Positions 1-10,101 are shown, numbered from the stretch's first letter. The stretch: 64,000 bases of DNA from a virus (IMGVR_UViG_2700989075_000001:5642-69641); one strand, 5' to 3'. Notes: generated from the sequence alone by a model not told the origin. Translations and numbers: made by a program.

Positions 1-2
1 GT

Positions 3-1439
3 CATAACTGGTACGTCGTCACGAACGACGAGGTGAAGAACAAGGGCGGCGGTAAGACCGACATCGAGCTGCCCGACGGCTCCATCCACGAATATCGCAA
101 GAACCGCGACGTGATGTTCCGCGTATGGAATCCGCGCCCGCGCCGGGCCAAGGAGCCCGATAGCCCTGTGCGCGCCTGCTTGGACAGCCTGCGCGAAATC
201 ATCCGTACGACCAAGAAGATCCGCAACGCCAGCAAGTCTCGGCTGATCGGCAATGGCGTGGTGTTCCTGCCGCAGGAACTCAGCCTGCCCAGCGCCCACG
301 CGCCCACCGCCGACAACCAGCCCGGCGCGCCCGTGCCCGTTGTGGATGGTGTTGCCGCCGCCGACGAGCTGAGCAACCTGCTGTTCCAGACGGCAGCGGC
401 GGCGGTCGATGACGAGGACAGCCAGGCGGCGCTGATCCCGCTGCTGGCCACCGTGCCCGGCGAGCACTTGCAGAAAATCTTCCACCTCAAGATCGGTAAC
501 GAAATCACCGAGGTGGAAATCAAGACGCGCAACGACGCTATTGCGCGCCTGGCCATGGGCCTGGACGTGAGCCCCGAGCGGCTGCTGGGTCTGGGCAGCA
601 ACAGCAACCACTGGAGCGCCTGGCAGATCGGTGACGAGGACGTACAGCTGCACATCAAGCCCGTGATGGAGGTGCTGTGCGCGGCCATCTACCGCGAGGT
701 GCTGGTGGCCACGCTCAAGGCCGAAGGCATCGACCCCGACAAGTACGTGCTCTGGTACGACGCCAGCGGGCTGACCGTCGACCCCGACAAGACCGACGAG
801 GCCACCGCCGCCAAGGAGCAGGGTGCCATCACCCATGAGGCTTACCGCCGCTACCTGGGGCTTGCCGATGACGACGGGTACGACCTGGAGACCCTGGAAG
901 GTGCCCAGGCATGGGCACGCGACGCCATCGTGGCCGACCCGACGCTGATCACCACATTGGCCCCGCTGCTGGAGGGCACCGACCTGGGCGAGCTGGACTT
1001 CCCTACGCCACAGCCTGCGTTGCCGCCGGGCGAGGACCAGGCCAACGACGAGCAGGACAGCACCGGCAGCGAGCCCGGCACCGAGAACGACGCCGAAGCC
1101 GCCGCCCGCGTCAGCAGCGTTGCCGACATGGTGTTGGCCGAACGGTTGCTCACCACGCGGGCGCTGGGCCTGGCCGGTAAGCGCCGCGTGAACGTGCGCG
1201 ACAGCGCCCAGAAGGCACGGCTCGCGGGCATTGCACCGCACGACTACCACCGCGTGATGGGACCGGTGCCCGACGCAGACATTCCACGACTCATCAACGG
1301 CTGGGACGAGGGGCTGGAAGAGGAGGCCCTGGCGCTGCTCGGTATCGACAGCGAGCGCACCGAGGCGCTGCGCCGCACCGTGCGCGCCCAGGTACGTCGT
1401 GAGCTGACCATGCAGGTTGTCGATGCGGAGGTGTGCTGA
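3..1439 (+). CDS. Portal protein (5' end truncated by window)
   Basis: Frame is open from the window start. Lies directly upstream of the MuF/protease and capsid genes. Contains portal-like motifs (LAMGLDVSPERLLG, NHWSAWQI). Confidence 0.85.
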   Translation, partial: HNWYVVTNDEVKNKGGGKTDIELPDGSIHEYRKNRDVMFRVWNPRPRRAKEPDSPVRACLDSLREIIRTTKKIRNASKSRLIGNGVVFLPQELSLPSAHAPTADNQPGAPVPVVDGVAAADELSNLLFQTAAAAVDDEDSQAALIPLLATVPGEHLQKIFHLKIGNEITEVEIKTRNDAIARLAMGLDVSPERLLGLGSNSNHWSAWQIGDEDVQLHIKPVMEVLCAAIYREVLVATLKAEGIDPDKYVLWYDASGLTVDPDKTDEATAAKEQGAITHEAYRRYLGLADDDGYDLETLEGAQAWARDAIVADPTLITTLAPLLEGTDLGELDFPTPQPALPPGEDQANDEQDSTGSEPGTENDAEAAARVSSVADMVLAERLLTTRALGLAGKRRVNVRDSAQKARLAGIAPHDYHRVMGPVPDADIPRLINGWDEGLEEEALALLGIDSERTEALRRTVRAQVRRELTMQVVDAEVC

Positions 1440-3934
1440 TGTGGCCGCTGCCTGGTGAAGCGCTGAACCGGACCATCGAGGTGGAGGCGGGCATTGCCGA
1501 CCTGTACGCCGAGGTGCTGAACACCTGGTGCAACCAGGCCCGCGCCGCTGTGCTTCCCGAGCTGGCCACCAGCGAAAACAACGCTCTCACTGCGGATGGA
1601 AGTTTGCCGCCGGAGCCGGGAGGGATAGATGAAACTGCCGGGTTCTGGGATCAACACTCGACTGAGTTGATCCTAGCAGGTATGTCAAATTTGTACGCAT
1701 TGTCGCTGGTAGAGGGAATGGAAGGTATGGATATTCCCTTGCCAGACATCAATTTGACTGGACGTGAACGCCCTGTCGTTCCGGCGTCCGTCGTTCGGTC
1801 GATTACTTCGACAAGCTCGGTAGCTGAGGTCGACATCCAGCGGGCTGCGGACATCGTGGAAAGCGTGCCCGAGCTACGCCAGGCCCGCGACGACTTCGTG
1901 GCGGCGCAGCGGCCGGACGTGGCAGCGGTGCCCAAGGTGGTGCAGGCCAAGGTCCAGGCAGCGGTGGCGGCAGTGAAGGTGGACGCCGCCCAGTACGACC
2001 CCATGCACACCGACAGCGGCGTGCCCGTGATCGAGGTGTACGTCACCCGCCAGCGTGAGGCAGCGGCGGCGGTGCTCACGCCTGGCAGCCCCGAGCTGCG
2101 CGACGTGGCCCGCAACGAGGGCTACCAGGCGGCGGGCATCCAGAACGCGGCGGTGGTGGTCGCGGCGGCGCAGTCCGAGGACGTGCTGGAGAAGGTGTGG
2201 ATCGCCACTATCGACGGTAAGACGCGGCATACGCACTTCGCCGCCGACGGCCAGCGCGCACCCCTCGCCGGTAAGTTCACGGTCGGTGCCGCGCTGCTGG
2301 ACTTTCCAGCGGACCCCGCAGGCCCGGCGGCAGAGGTCAAGAACTGCCGCTGCCGGGTCGGCATCCTGGCACCGGACGAGGAGCTGCCCGATGAGGTCGA
2401 CCGGCACACCGAGCGCCTTAACGGGCGCGACAGCGTGCAAGTCAACCGGCAGGGCAGCCAGTCCGACGAGATTGCCCGCCGGGCCAAGCAGGGCACGATC
2501 CGCGCCCGCGACGACGAGGACGGCGTAGGTCGAACGGCCAGCGCCGCACCGAGCGAACAGGAGTACGACATGCCGCAGCCCACCCCGGCCGACACCGCCG
2601 CCGCACTGGCCGCATCCGCCGACGAGGACGCCGCTGAGACATTCCGCGTGTTCACCGACCAGCCCATTGCCTTTGTTGGTATTGAGACCAGCGACGGCCG
2701 GATGCTGGCCACCGACATTGAGTTCAGCGTGCGTACCCCGCCGCTGCCAATGATGTGGACCAAGCAGACCGGGTATGGCCATGAGGACGCCTTTACGGTG
2801 GGCGTTATCGAGAGCGCCCGCGTGGACGGCGACACCATCCGTGGGTCCGGCTACTGGTTGAACACCACCGAGGCCGACGAGGCTTTCAACGAGGCCAGCC
2901 ATAAGGTCAGCCGCCCGAGCGTCGACCTGGCGCGCACCGAGTGGAAGTTGACCAACGAGGACGGCAACGAAATCACCGAGGAGCAGTGGTGGGACATGCC
3001 CATCGACGCCAAGGTGATTCAGACGATTACCGCCGCCGAGTTGATCGGCACGACCATGGTGGCCACACCTGCGTTCGGCGACACCATGATCGAGTTCTCC
3101 GGTGAGCGCGAAACCCGCGATGCCGCCCTGGTGGCCAGCGCCGCCGAGGCTTTCCGGCCCCGCGTGTACTCCGCTGCGCACTTCGCCGACCCCAAGCTGA
3201 CAGGCCCCACGCTGCCCACCATGACCGACGACGGGCACATTTTCGGTCACCTGGCGTGCTTCGGCGCGTGCCACCGCAGCATCCAGGCCGAGTGCGTGGT
3301 GGCCCCGCGCAGCCGCACCGGGTACAGCATGTTCCACACCAGCCCGGCCGTACGTCTGGACGACGGCACCAGCCTGCCGGTGGGACGGCTCACCGTGGGC
3401 AGCGGCCACGCGCCCGACCACGTGAGCGGCCAGGTGGCGGCAGCGCACTACGACACCGCCGGTACCTGCTTCGCCCTGGTGCGCGTAGGTGAGGACGCAC
3501 ACGGCATCTGGTTCAGCGGCGTGGCCGCGCCCTGGGCCACCGCCGAGCAGATCGAAATGGGACTGGCCGCGCCGTTGTCCGGCGACTGGCGCGACTTCGG
3601 CCAGGGCCTGGAGCTGGTGGCCGCTCTGGCGGTGAACACGCCCGGTTTCGCTGTGCGTGGCCGCGAGGGCGACCAGGGCCAGCCGCTGGCGCTGGTGGCC
3701 AGCCTGGGGCCGAACCCGCGCGGTGCCGCCACCAAGGGCGGTAACACGCTGAGCGCCAACGCCATTGCCGACATCGTGAAGAACGCGGTGTCCACTGCCC
3801 TGGCCCAGCGCGACACCGACGCCGAGCTGGCCGCACTGCTGGCCAAGGCCGACGACAAGCTGGGGCCGATGCCCACGCCGAACGACGAGGTGGCCGAACT
3901 GCTGGCCGAGGCCGACGCGAAGGCCGGTGCCTGA
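1439..3934 (+). CDS. MuF-like minor head protein fused to capsid maturation protease
   Basis: MuF motif KVWIATIDGKTRHTH...FPADP...NCRC, followed by a protease-like region (ETSDGR, LIGTTMVATPAF, LSGDWR). ATG overlaps the portal stop (TGATG). Confidence 0.8.
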   Translation: MWPLPGEALNRTIEVEAGIADLYAEVLNTWCNQARAAVLPELATSENNALTADGSLPPEPGGIDETAGFWDQHSTELILAGMSNLYALSLVEGMEGMDIPLPDINLTGRERPVVPASVVRSITSTSSVAEVDIQRAADIVESVPELRQARDDFVAAQRPDVAAVPKVVQAKVQAAVAAVKVDAAQYDPMHTDSGVPVIEVYVTRQREAAAAVLTPGSPELRDVARNEGYQAAGIQNAAVVVAAAQSEDVLEKVWIATIDGKTRHTHFAADGQRAPLAGKFTVGAALLDFPADPAGPAAEVKNCRCRVGILAPDEELPDEVDRHTERLNGRDSVQVNRQGSQSDEIARRAKQGTIRARDDEDGVGRTASAAPSEQEYDMPQPTPADTAAALAASADEDAAETFRVFTDQPIAFVGIETSDGRMLATDIEFSVRTPPLPMMWTKQTGYGHEDAFTVGVIESARVDGDTIRGSGYWLNTTEADEAFNEASHKVSRPSVDLARTEWKLTNEDGNEITEEQWWDMPIDAKVIQTITAAELIGTTMVATPAFGDTMIEFSGERETRDAALVASAAEAFRPRVYSAAHFADPKLTGPTLPTMTDDGHIFGHLACFGACHRSIQAECVVAPRSRTGYSMFHTSPAVRLDDGTSLPVGRLTVGSGHAPDHVSGQVAAAHYDTAGTCFALVRVGEDAHGIWFSGVAAPWATAEQIEMGLAAPLSGDWRDFGQGLELVAALAVNTPGFAVRGREGDQGQPLALVASLGPNPRGAATKGGNTLSANAIADIVKNAVSTALAQRDTDAELAALLAKADDKLGPMPTPNDEVAELLAEADAKAGA

Positions 3935-4158
3935 TGGGGTGCGGGTGCGGCGGCGGTGCCGGTAGCAACCGCAGCGACACCATCGGCTACTACGTGGTGC
4001 TTCCAAACGACGGCGGCACGCTGCCTGTTGGCGTGAACCCGGCCGACCCCGAGGCCGGGGAGCCGCCGTACGCCTTCTACCAGGAGGCGCACAATCAGGT
4101 CGTCCTGAACGGTGGCGGCACTGTGCGGCGGCTGCGCAAACAGCCAGCTACCGCGTGA
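3934..4158 (+). CDS. Small head-region protein (MGCGCGG N-terminus)
   Basis: 74-aa ORF translationally coupled (TGATG) to the protease gene. Confidence 0.7.
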   Translation: MGCGCGGGAGSNRSDTIGYYVVLPNDGGTLPVGVNPADPEAGEPPYAFYQEAHNQVVLNGGGTVRRLRKQPATA

Positions 4159-4268
4159 TTGCACGCCCGTCGTCTACGTTTGGCCAGCAGAGAGTTCCCG
4201 CCCGAGTTATGTACCGGGGGACGATCACCGAGAACCATATTGGCGCTGCTTGAGACAAGGAGTTCGCA

Positions 4269-6068
4269 GTGTTCGTCTCCCCTGCTCCGCACTACGGCGT
4301 GAGCACCCGCAAGGTCGGCCAGTTTGCGCACCAGATGCCGCAGGCCCTGCCCGAGACCGCCGCCGAGCTGGCTGCGCTGCTCGAAAGTGCTCAGGCCGAC
4401 ATCAACGAAATCCGTGCCCGCCACGCGGCCGGTGAGACCCTGACCGGTGCTGATGCCGTTCGTCTGAAGTCGCTTCTGGGCGACGTGGACACCATCACCG
4501 CCGCGCAGGCCACCGCCGCCCTGGCCGAGCCCGCCGACGCCGACGAGGTGGCCGGTCTGCTCAGCCAGGCCGACGCCGCCACCGCCGCGCCGGAAGCCCC
4601 CGAGGCCCCGGCCGACGAGGCACCGGAAGCCCCCGAGGGCGATGCCGGTGGTGCAGCGCCCGAGGCCCCGGCCGACGCGCCGCAGGTTCCGGTCGCTGCC
4701 AGCGCCACGCCGCCCGCTGCCACCAACGGCAACCGGCCGGTCAGCTTCGGTGCTGCCGTGACCGGTGCGCCGCCCGCGCCTACCGAGGGTGAAGAGTCGA
4801 CGCCGGGCTGGGTTGTGCAGCCGGGTGTTCCTGGCTACAAGCCCGACACCAAGGTGGGCTTCGCGCAGCTGGCCAAGCAGCTCGACACCATCCGGCCGGG
4901 CAGCCGGTCGGTGCGTGGCAACCGCCCCGACAAGCACATCGACGGGCAGTCGTTCAGCGCCCAGGTGGTGTCTGCCCTGACCCGTGACGTGGAGGTCGTG
5001 GACGACCCGCACGCGCTGGTCGCGGCCATCAACAAGGCCACCAGCCTGGTGAAGGGTGAGCGCGTCACCGCGCAGTCCCTCACCGCTGCCGGTGGCTGGT
5101 GCGCACCGTCGGAGCAGCTGTACGACTTCTGCGACGTGCCGGAGGCCACAGACCTGCTCTCGCTGCCGGAAATCACCATCAACCGTGGTGGTATCCGCTG
5201 GCCGCGCGAGCCTGATCTGTCCGGCATCTTCGAGGACTTCGAGTGGTTTTTCACCGAGCCTGAGCTGGAGGCCACCGACCCCGTTACCGGTGCCCCGACC
5301 GCGATCAAGCAGTGCGTCGAAATCCCCTGCCCCGAGGACTTTGACGAAATCCGCCTGAACGCCGTGGGCTGGTGCGTGGAGGCCGGAATCCTCCAGGAGC
5401 AGGGCTGGCCGGAGCTGATCGAGTGGTTTATGCGCTCGCTCACGCAGGAGCACCTGCGGGCGCTGTCCCGCCGGTCGATCCTGAACATCGTGGCGGGCTC
5501 CGGTGCCGCCAAGGTGATCCCGCCGACCAGCGTCATGGGCTCGGTGGCGTCGGTGCTCAACAGCCTTGCGCTGATGGCCACCAACATCCGGCTCAAGCGG
5601 GGTCTGTCGCGTACCGCCACCATCGAGGGCATTGCCCCGAGCTGGTTCTTCGAGGTGCTGCGCGCCGACCTGGCGTTCCGCGAGGGCACCGACACCTTCG
5701 CGGTGTCCGACGCCCAGATCCTCGGATGGCTGACGGCGCGCAACATCGCGCTCCAGTTCGTGGGTGACTGGCAGACCCGTGCTGCGGGCCTGCCCGGCAA
5801 CCTGGACACGCTGGTGTGGCCGAGCACGGTTCAGCTGGTGCTGTACCCGGCGGGTACCTGGTTCCGTTCGATGAGCAACGTCATCGAGCTGGGCGTCATG
5901 TACCCCAAGGAGCAGTTGCAGGTGAACCGCTTCACCCGCATGTTCACGGAGGACGCCATCGCCGTCGGCAAGCGCTGCGGCGAGTCCGTTCTGGTGACCG
6001 TGCCGCTCGACGTGACCGGCGCGATCGGTCAGCGCGAGTACCTGGCCGCGAACCAGCCCGCACCGTAG
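4269..6068 (+). CDS. Major capsid (hexamer) protein with N-terminal scaffold-like region
   Basis: AAGGAG RBS. Helical, acidic Pro-Ala N-terminal ~270 aa, then LTAAGGWCAPSE and a capsid-like domain. Synteny. Confidence 0.85.
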   Translation: MFVSPAPHYGVSTRKVGQFAHQMPQALPETAAELAALLESAQADINEIRARHAAGETLTGADAVRLKSLLGDVDTITAAQATAALAEPADADEVAGLLSQADAATAAPEAPEAPADEAPEAPEGDAGGAAPEAPADAPQVPVAASATPPAATNGNRPVSFGAAVTGAPPAPTEGEESTPGWVVQPGVPGYKPDTKVGFAQLAKQLDTIRPGSRSVRGNRPDKHIDGQSFSAQVVSALTRDVEVVDDPHALVAAINKATSLVKGERVTAQSLTAAGGWCAPSEQLYDFCDVPEATDLLSLPEITINRGGIRWPREPDLSGIFEDFEWFFTEPELEATDPVTGAPTAIKQCVEIPCPEDFDEIRLNAVGWCVEAGILQEQGWPELIEWFMRSLTQEHLRALSRRSILNIVAGSGAAKVIPPTSVMGSVASVLNSLALMATNIRLKRGLSRTATIEGIAPSWFFEVLRADLAFREGTDTFAVSDAQILGWLTARNIALQFVGDWQTRAAGLPGNLDTLVWPSTVQLVLYPAGTWFRSMSNVIELGVMYPKEQLQVNRFTRMFTEDAIAVGKRCGESVLVTVPLDVTGAIGQREYLAANQPAP

Positions 6069-6090
6069 GGCTGGCAGCTACGTCAAGACT

Positions 6091-6139
6091 GAAGGCGGGC
6101 GATGTGAGCAACCCGAGGCCGCTCGCATTGCCCGCCTTC
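6091..6139 (+). terminator. Long hairpin between the two capsid genes (attenuator/terminator)
   Basis: GAAGGCGGGCGATGTGAGC / GCTCGCATTGCCCGCCTTC form a 19-bp stem with G-U pairs; only a weak pyrimidine tail follows. Confidence 0.7.
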
Positions 6140-6161
6140 TCTCGTCTCACCAGGAGGACAC

Positions 6162-6959
6162 ATGACCGCCCCCGTTGATGTCATCGACGTGGTTCACTTC
6201 ACGCCGCCCCCGCTCAACCCGACCACCTATGGCCTGTATGGCGCGGTGGGCACCTGGCAGACCGACGCCGACAACCGGTGGCACCACGGCGTGGAGTTCC
6301 GCAGTGGCGGCAACTACGGCGGCGAGGGCAGCTTCGGCATCTGGAACGCGCCCTGGTGCGGCACGCCCGACCCGGCCGATCAGCTCAAGACCGGAGACAG
6401 GCCGGACAACCTGGACCCCTTCTACCCCGTGACGGTCTGGGCGTACGACGAGTGCGACCTGACCGCGCCCAGCCGGGCCGAGGTGGAAGCCCGCGCCGCC
6501 CAGGTGCTGCGCCTGGAGGAGCAGGTGGCAGTGGAGCGCGAGTTCGCCGCGCGGATGCTGCTGGACGCCGCCGATCTGGAGACGCCCATCCCCACCGCCG
6601 CCAGCCTGGCGCTGGCGGTCGGCGCGCTGGAGGGTGCTGCGGCGCTGACGAACACGCAGGTGTATTTCCACATCGGCGCGCAGTGGGTCAGCCAGGATCC
6701 GACCGGCGCGCTGTTCAAGAAGTCCGGCACCACCTGGACCAGCCCCTTGGGCAATATCTGGGTAGTTGGTGGCGGCTACGTGGACGGGCTGGAGGACACC
6801 ATCGTGGCCACCAGCCAGCCCTACGGCTGGCGCGACGAGCCCACCGTGCGCACCGCCATTGACGAGAAGCACAACCTGTTCGCTGCCGTGGCTGAGCGTA
6901 GCGTCCTGGTTGGATACGAGGCGGTCATCGCCGCTGTGACCATCACGCCCACCCCGTAA
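6162..6959 (+). CDS. Major capsid pentamer protein (putative)
   Basis: AGGAGG RBS. 265-aa gene following the hexamer gene, as in Cluster B phages that use two capsid proteins. Confidence 0.7.
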   Translation: MTAPVDVIDVVHFTPPPLNPTTYGLYGAVGTWQTDADNRWHHGVEFRSGGNYGGEGSFGIWNAPWCGTPDPADQLKTGDRPDNLDPFYPVTVWAYDECDLTAPSRAEVEARAAQVLRLEEQVAVEREFAARMLLDAADLETPIPTAASLALAVGALEGAAALTNTQVYFHIGAQWVSQDPTGALFKKSGTTWTSPLGNIWVVGGGYVDGLEDTIVATSQPYGWRDEPTVRTAIDEKHNLFAAVAERSVLVGYEAVIAAVTITPTP

Positions 6960-6969
6960 GGAGACCGAC

Positions 6970-7830
6970 ATGCCTGCCGGAATCATCGCCACCGTCGACG
7001 GAGGGTTCGCCACCATCGACTTCCTGGACAAGTCGCTGCGTGGCCCCGCCTTGCAGGAGCTTGTCGAAATCGGTGGCCCTGCCAGTATCGAGACCATCAC
7101 CCGCGATGGTCCGCGCCGCAAGTACCGCGTGCCGGTGGGCAATGCCCAGGCGGCGGGCCTGCTCGACGGCGACGAGGTGGGCGACGTGTGGTCTGCCGGG
7201 CGCGACACCGGGGCGGCAGCGGCAACCGTCGCGGCCGATCCGAACGTCAACCCTGGCGCGGATAACGCCAACTGGCACACCCCGGTGGACCAGTACACCA
7301 GCGCGAACGCCTACGTCGGCAAGGTGCCGAACGCCACCGTGCTGCACAACCGGGGCCAGGTGTACACCGGGGACGCCGACAGCGCAGGCGGCGACCTGGC
7401 GCACCCGCCCACGCACGCCGAGGTCATCCAGAACGTCAAGGACGCCAAGACGCCGCCCACCGAGGGCATGATGGTCCAGACCATGCGGGCGTCGGTGGTG
7501 TCGGGCAGCCTGGCCGAGCAGGACGCCGCCCTGGGCAGCGACCCCGGCGGCTGGGCACCGCAGCCCGGCGAGGGCGACACCAGCACCGAGACGGTGGACG
7601 CGCCCACAGAGGCCGATGTTTCGGCCCCCAGCGAGCCGCAGGGCGGCGAAACGCCGACCGCCGAGGTAACCACACCGGCCGAGGAGCCCGCATACCCTGA
7701 CGGCGAGCCCACGGTGGACTGGACCCGCAAGCAGCTGGACGCCTACGCAGCCGACATGCTGGACCTGGACACCACCAAGCTCGAAAGCAAGGCGGCTGTG
7801 GTGGCCGCAATCAACGCACCCAAGGAGTAG
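6970..7830 (+). CDS. Putative capsid decoration/accessory protein with small C-terminal helical domain
   Basis: AAGGAG RBS. Acidic Pro/Thr linker, then PTVDWTRKQLDAYA...KAAVVAAI (HeH/Rho-N-like). Position next to capsid genes. Confidence 0.5.
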   Translation: MPAGIIATVDGGFATIDFLDKSLRGPALQELVEIGGPASIETITRDGPRRKYRVPVGNAQAAGLLDGDEVGDVWSAGRDTGAAAATVAADPNVNPGADNANWHTPVDQYTSANAYVGKVPNATVLHNRGQVYTGDADSAGGDLAHPPTHAEVIQNVKDAKTPPTEGMMVQTMRASVVSGSLAEQDAALGSDPGGWAPQPGEGDTSTETVDAPTEADVSAPSEPQGGETPTAEVTTPAEEPAYPDGEPTVDWTRKQLDAYAADMLDLDTTKLESKAAVVAAINAPKE

Positions 7831-7833
7831 CTG

Positions 7834-8235
7834 ATGACCGGTCATCAGACCGCACTCAGCGTCCGCGCATGGCTCCAGGCCCGTATCCCGGCGAGCTGGC
7901 GGGAGGGCTGGTACCGCCTGGCGTCGGGCCTGGTCATGTTCCTGTTCGCCTTCGGGCTGCTGACGGCCGACGCGGTGACGCTGTGGCTCCAGCTGGCCGT
8001 GGCGACGGTCACGCTGCTGTTCGCTCTGCTGTACGCGACCAGCCCGTGGCGCGTGGCCCTGTATGCAATCGTGGCCCCGGTGGGAGCGGTGCTGCTGTAC
8101 TACGGCGTGGTTGACGACGTGCGCTGGGCACTGATCAGCGCCGCCGTCGCGCAGGTATTCGGCATCACCACATCGGCGGCTAAGACGGTCACTGTCGATA
8201 CCGGCGGTGTAGGCATCGGCCCGTCGGTACGGTGA
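7834..8235 (+). CDS. Holin-like membrane protein (about 4 TM segments)
   Basis: 133 aa with about four hydrophobic stretches. Confidence 0.6.
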   Translation: MTGHQTALSVRAWLQARIPASWREGWYRLASGLVMFLFAFGLLTADAVTLWLQLAVATVTLLFALLYATSPWRVALYAIVAPVGAVLLYYGVVDDVRWALISAAVAQVFGITTSAAKTVTVDTGGVGIGPSVR

Positions 8236-8603
8236 CGAACCCATGGGACGGCCCCCGTCACCGGTCGTGGGCATCGAACACGATGCTCACGTTCGTGCTG
8301 CTGGTCGTGCTCATCATCGCCACCGTCATCAGTGACTACTGGGGTGAGCCGCCGAACTACCTGGTGGGCTTGCTGGGCACTGCGGCCGGTGCATTCTTCG
8401 CGGCCATTGGCAGCGACAAGCAGAAGAAGGACGCCGAGGTCCGCGAGACCGCCGAGCGTGCCGAGGCCAAGGCTGATGCCGTGGGGCGCGTGACCGCCGC
8501 CGAGCACCCCGAAATGGTCACTGAGATCACGCCGCCGTTCGCTCCCGAGGACGTTGGCGGAAGTAAGGGGGACGAGGATGGTGGGGGCGGTGGACCACGG
8601 TGA
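8232..8603 (+). CDS. Membrane protein (2 TM, charged C-terminus)
   Basis: Two hydrophobic segments; GTGA overlap with neighbouring genes. Confidence 0.65.
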   Translation: MTNPWDGPRHRSWASNTMLTFVLLVVLIIATVISDYWGEPPNYLVGLLGTAAGAFFAAIGSDKQKKDAEVRETAERAEAKADAVGRVTAAEHPEMVTEITPPFAPEDVGGSKGDEDGGGGGPR

Positions 8604-9211
8604 CGCCTGTACTTGAGCTGATCTACAGCTTCCCGTTTGTGACGGGGCTGCTGGTGGGCATTGCGGCTCAGCGGGTGTACGCCCATGCCATGTGTCGATA
8701 CGAGAACGCGCATCACCCGTTGCCGGGCGGGCGTCAGCATCATGTTCAGGGCATCAATCGCATGTGGTTGGCCGGGCTGGTGCTGCTGGCCACCCTGGGC
8801 TATGTGCTGCTCCAGACCGGCCAGACAGAGGCCAAGTATCGGGGCCTGGCCCGCGACGTGGCCCAGTGCCAGACCGAGTTCAACGCGGCGCTCAAGGCGC
8901 GCAGCCAGATCACCGCCGAGAACGACGAAATCAGCTTCAAGCAGCGGGGCATCCTGGCCCAGCTGGATGACGCTGCCGGGGTGCTGGTCAACCGTCAGCT
9001 GAACCCGCCGTCGGCCATTGCGGCGCTGCCCACGAACGATCCCCGGCGGCTGGCCTGGAACGAGGACGTGACCCGTGTGTACTACGAGCGCACGCAGGGG
9101 CTGCGCGACGACATCGCAGAGCTGCGCAAGCGTGAGGCCCAGCTGCAAGACGAGCGGCGCAAGCACCCGTTGCCCGAACCGACGTGTGGTGTGCTGCCAC
9201 CGGCCGAGTAA
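8600..9211 (+). CDS. Membrane protein (2 TM plus coiled-coil C-terminal domain)
   Basis: Two hydrophobic segments, then a long helical domain bounded by Cys residues. Confidence 0.65.
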   Translation: MTPVLELIYSFPFVTGLLVGIAAQRVYAHAMCRYENAHHPLPGGRQHHVQGINRMWLAGLVLLATLGYVLLQTGQTEAKYRGLARDVAQCQTEFNAALKARSQITAENDEISFKQRGILAQLDDAAGVLVNRQLNPPSAIAALPTNDPRRLAWNEDVTRVYYERTQGLRDDIAELRKREAQLQDERRKHPLPEPTCGVLPPAE

Positions 9212-9294
9212 CTGCACCGTCGCCGCCTAATGTTTGAGCCAGCCTCGGAGACCGAACCTGGCGCGCTGCGCCTGACACCAGGAGGAACCAGACA

Positions 9295-10101
9295 ATGCCT
9301 GGCATCCAGCCCGTCAAGGGAACGCGGCTCCGCGCCACGAAGATCAACGGCTGCGGTATGCCGATTGCCGGTCCCCGCAACCGCCTCGTCACGTCCGGCT
9401 ACGTCAGCCTGACCCTTACCGCAGTGATGCGGGAGGCCCAGGATCTGACGCAGGACAACGCCGAGGGCAAGGAGTGCTTTACCGACCGCACCCCGCCCGA
9501 GCGCCGCTGGTACACCCCAGCTCTGGAGCTGTGCAACGTGAACACTGGTCTGCTGACCATGTTCACCGGCTGGGAGTCGGTGCTTGATGCCAACGACCTG
9601 CCCGTTGGCTACCGCGACCAGAAGGAAATCGAGACCGACTTCGGCATCGCGCTGGAGCTGTGGACCAGCGGCAAGTCCGACGAGGACTGCGCCGACATCC
9701 CCACTTCCGACGCCGTGTTCGCCGCTGCCGGGTCGGGCCGGAGCTACGGCTACTTCCTGTTCGGCGGCACCGAGTGGACCCCTGGTGACATCACCATCGG
9801 TGCCACGGTGTCGACCTTCACCCTGACCGGCCGCACCATCGCGCTGCCGTACTGGGGCAAGGGTCCGTACAACGTCCAGGAGGACGAGAACGGCGACCCC
9901 GGCCGTCTGGTGACGCCCACCAGCAAGAAGGAGCACCTGACTGTGTTCCGCACCATGGTGCCGCCGCCGGAGCCTACGCCGGGCACCGAGCCCGTGGCGC
10001 TGGCCACCAGCTCGATCTTCGTTGCGCCGGATTACTACTACGGTGGCCCGGCCAGCGAGCCCGCCGCCACCACCGCACCGGACCAGCCCGCGATCCCGTA
10101 A
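9295..10101 (+). CDS. Major tail (tube) protein
   Basis: AGGAGG RBS. RLRATKINGCG, NAEGKEC and WGKGPYNV motifs typical of actinophage tail tubes. Followed by a terminator. Confidence 0.85.
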   Translation: MPGIQPVKGTRLRATKINGCGMPIAGPRNRLVTSGYVSLTLTAVMREAQDLTQDNAEGKECFTDRTPPERRWYTPALELCNVNTGLLTMFTGWESVLDANDLPVGYRDQKEIETDFGIALELWTSGKSDEDCADIPTSDAVFAAAGSGRSYGYFLFGGTEWTPGDITIGATVSTFTLTGRTIALPYWGKGPYNVQEDENGDPGRLVTPTSKKEHLTVFRTMVPPPEPTPGTEPVALATSSIFVAPDYYYGGPASEPAATTAPDQPAIP

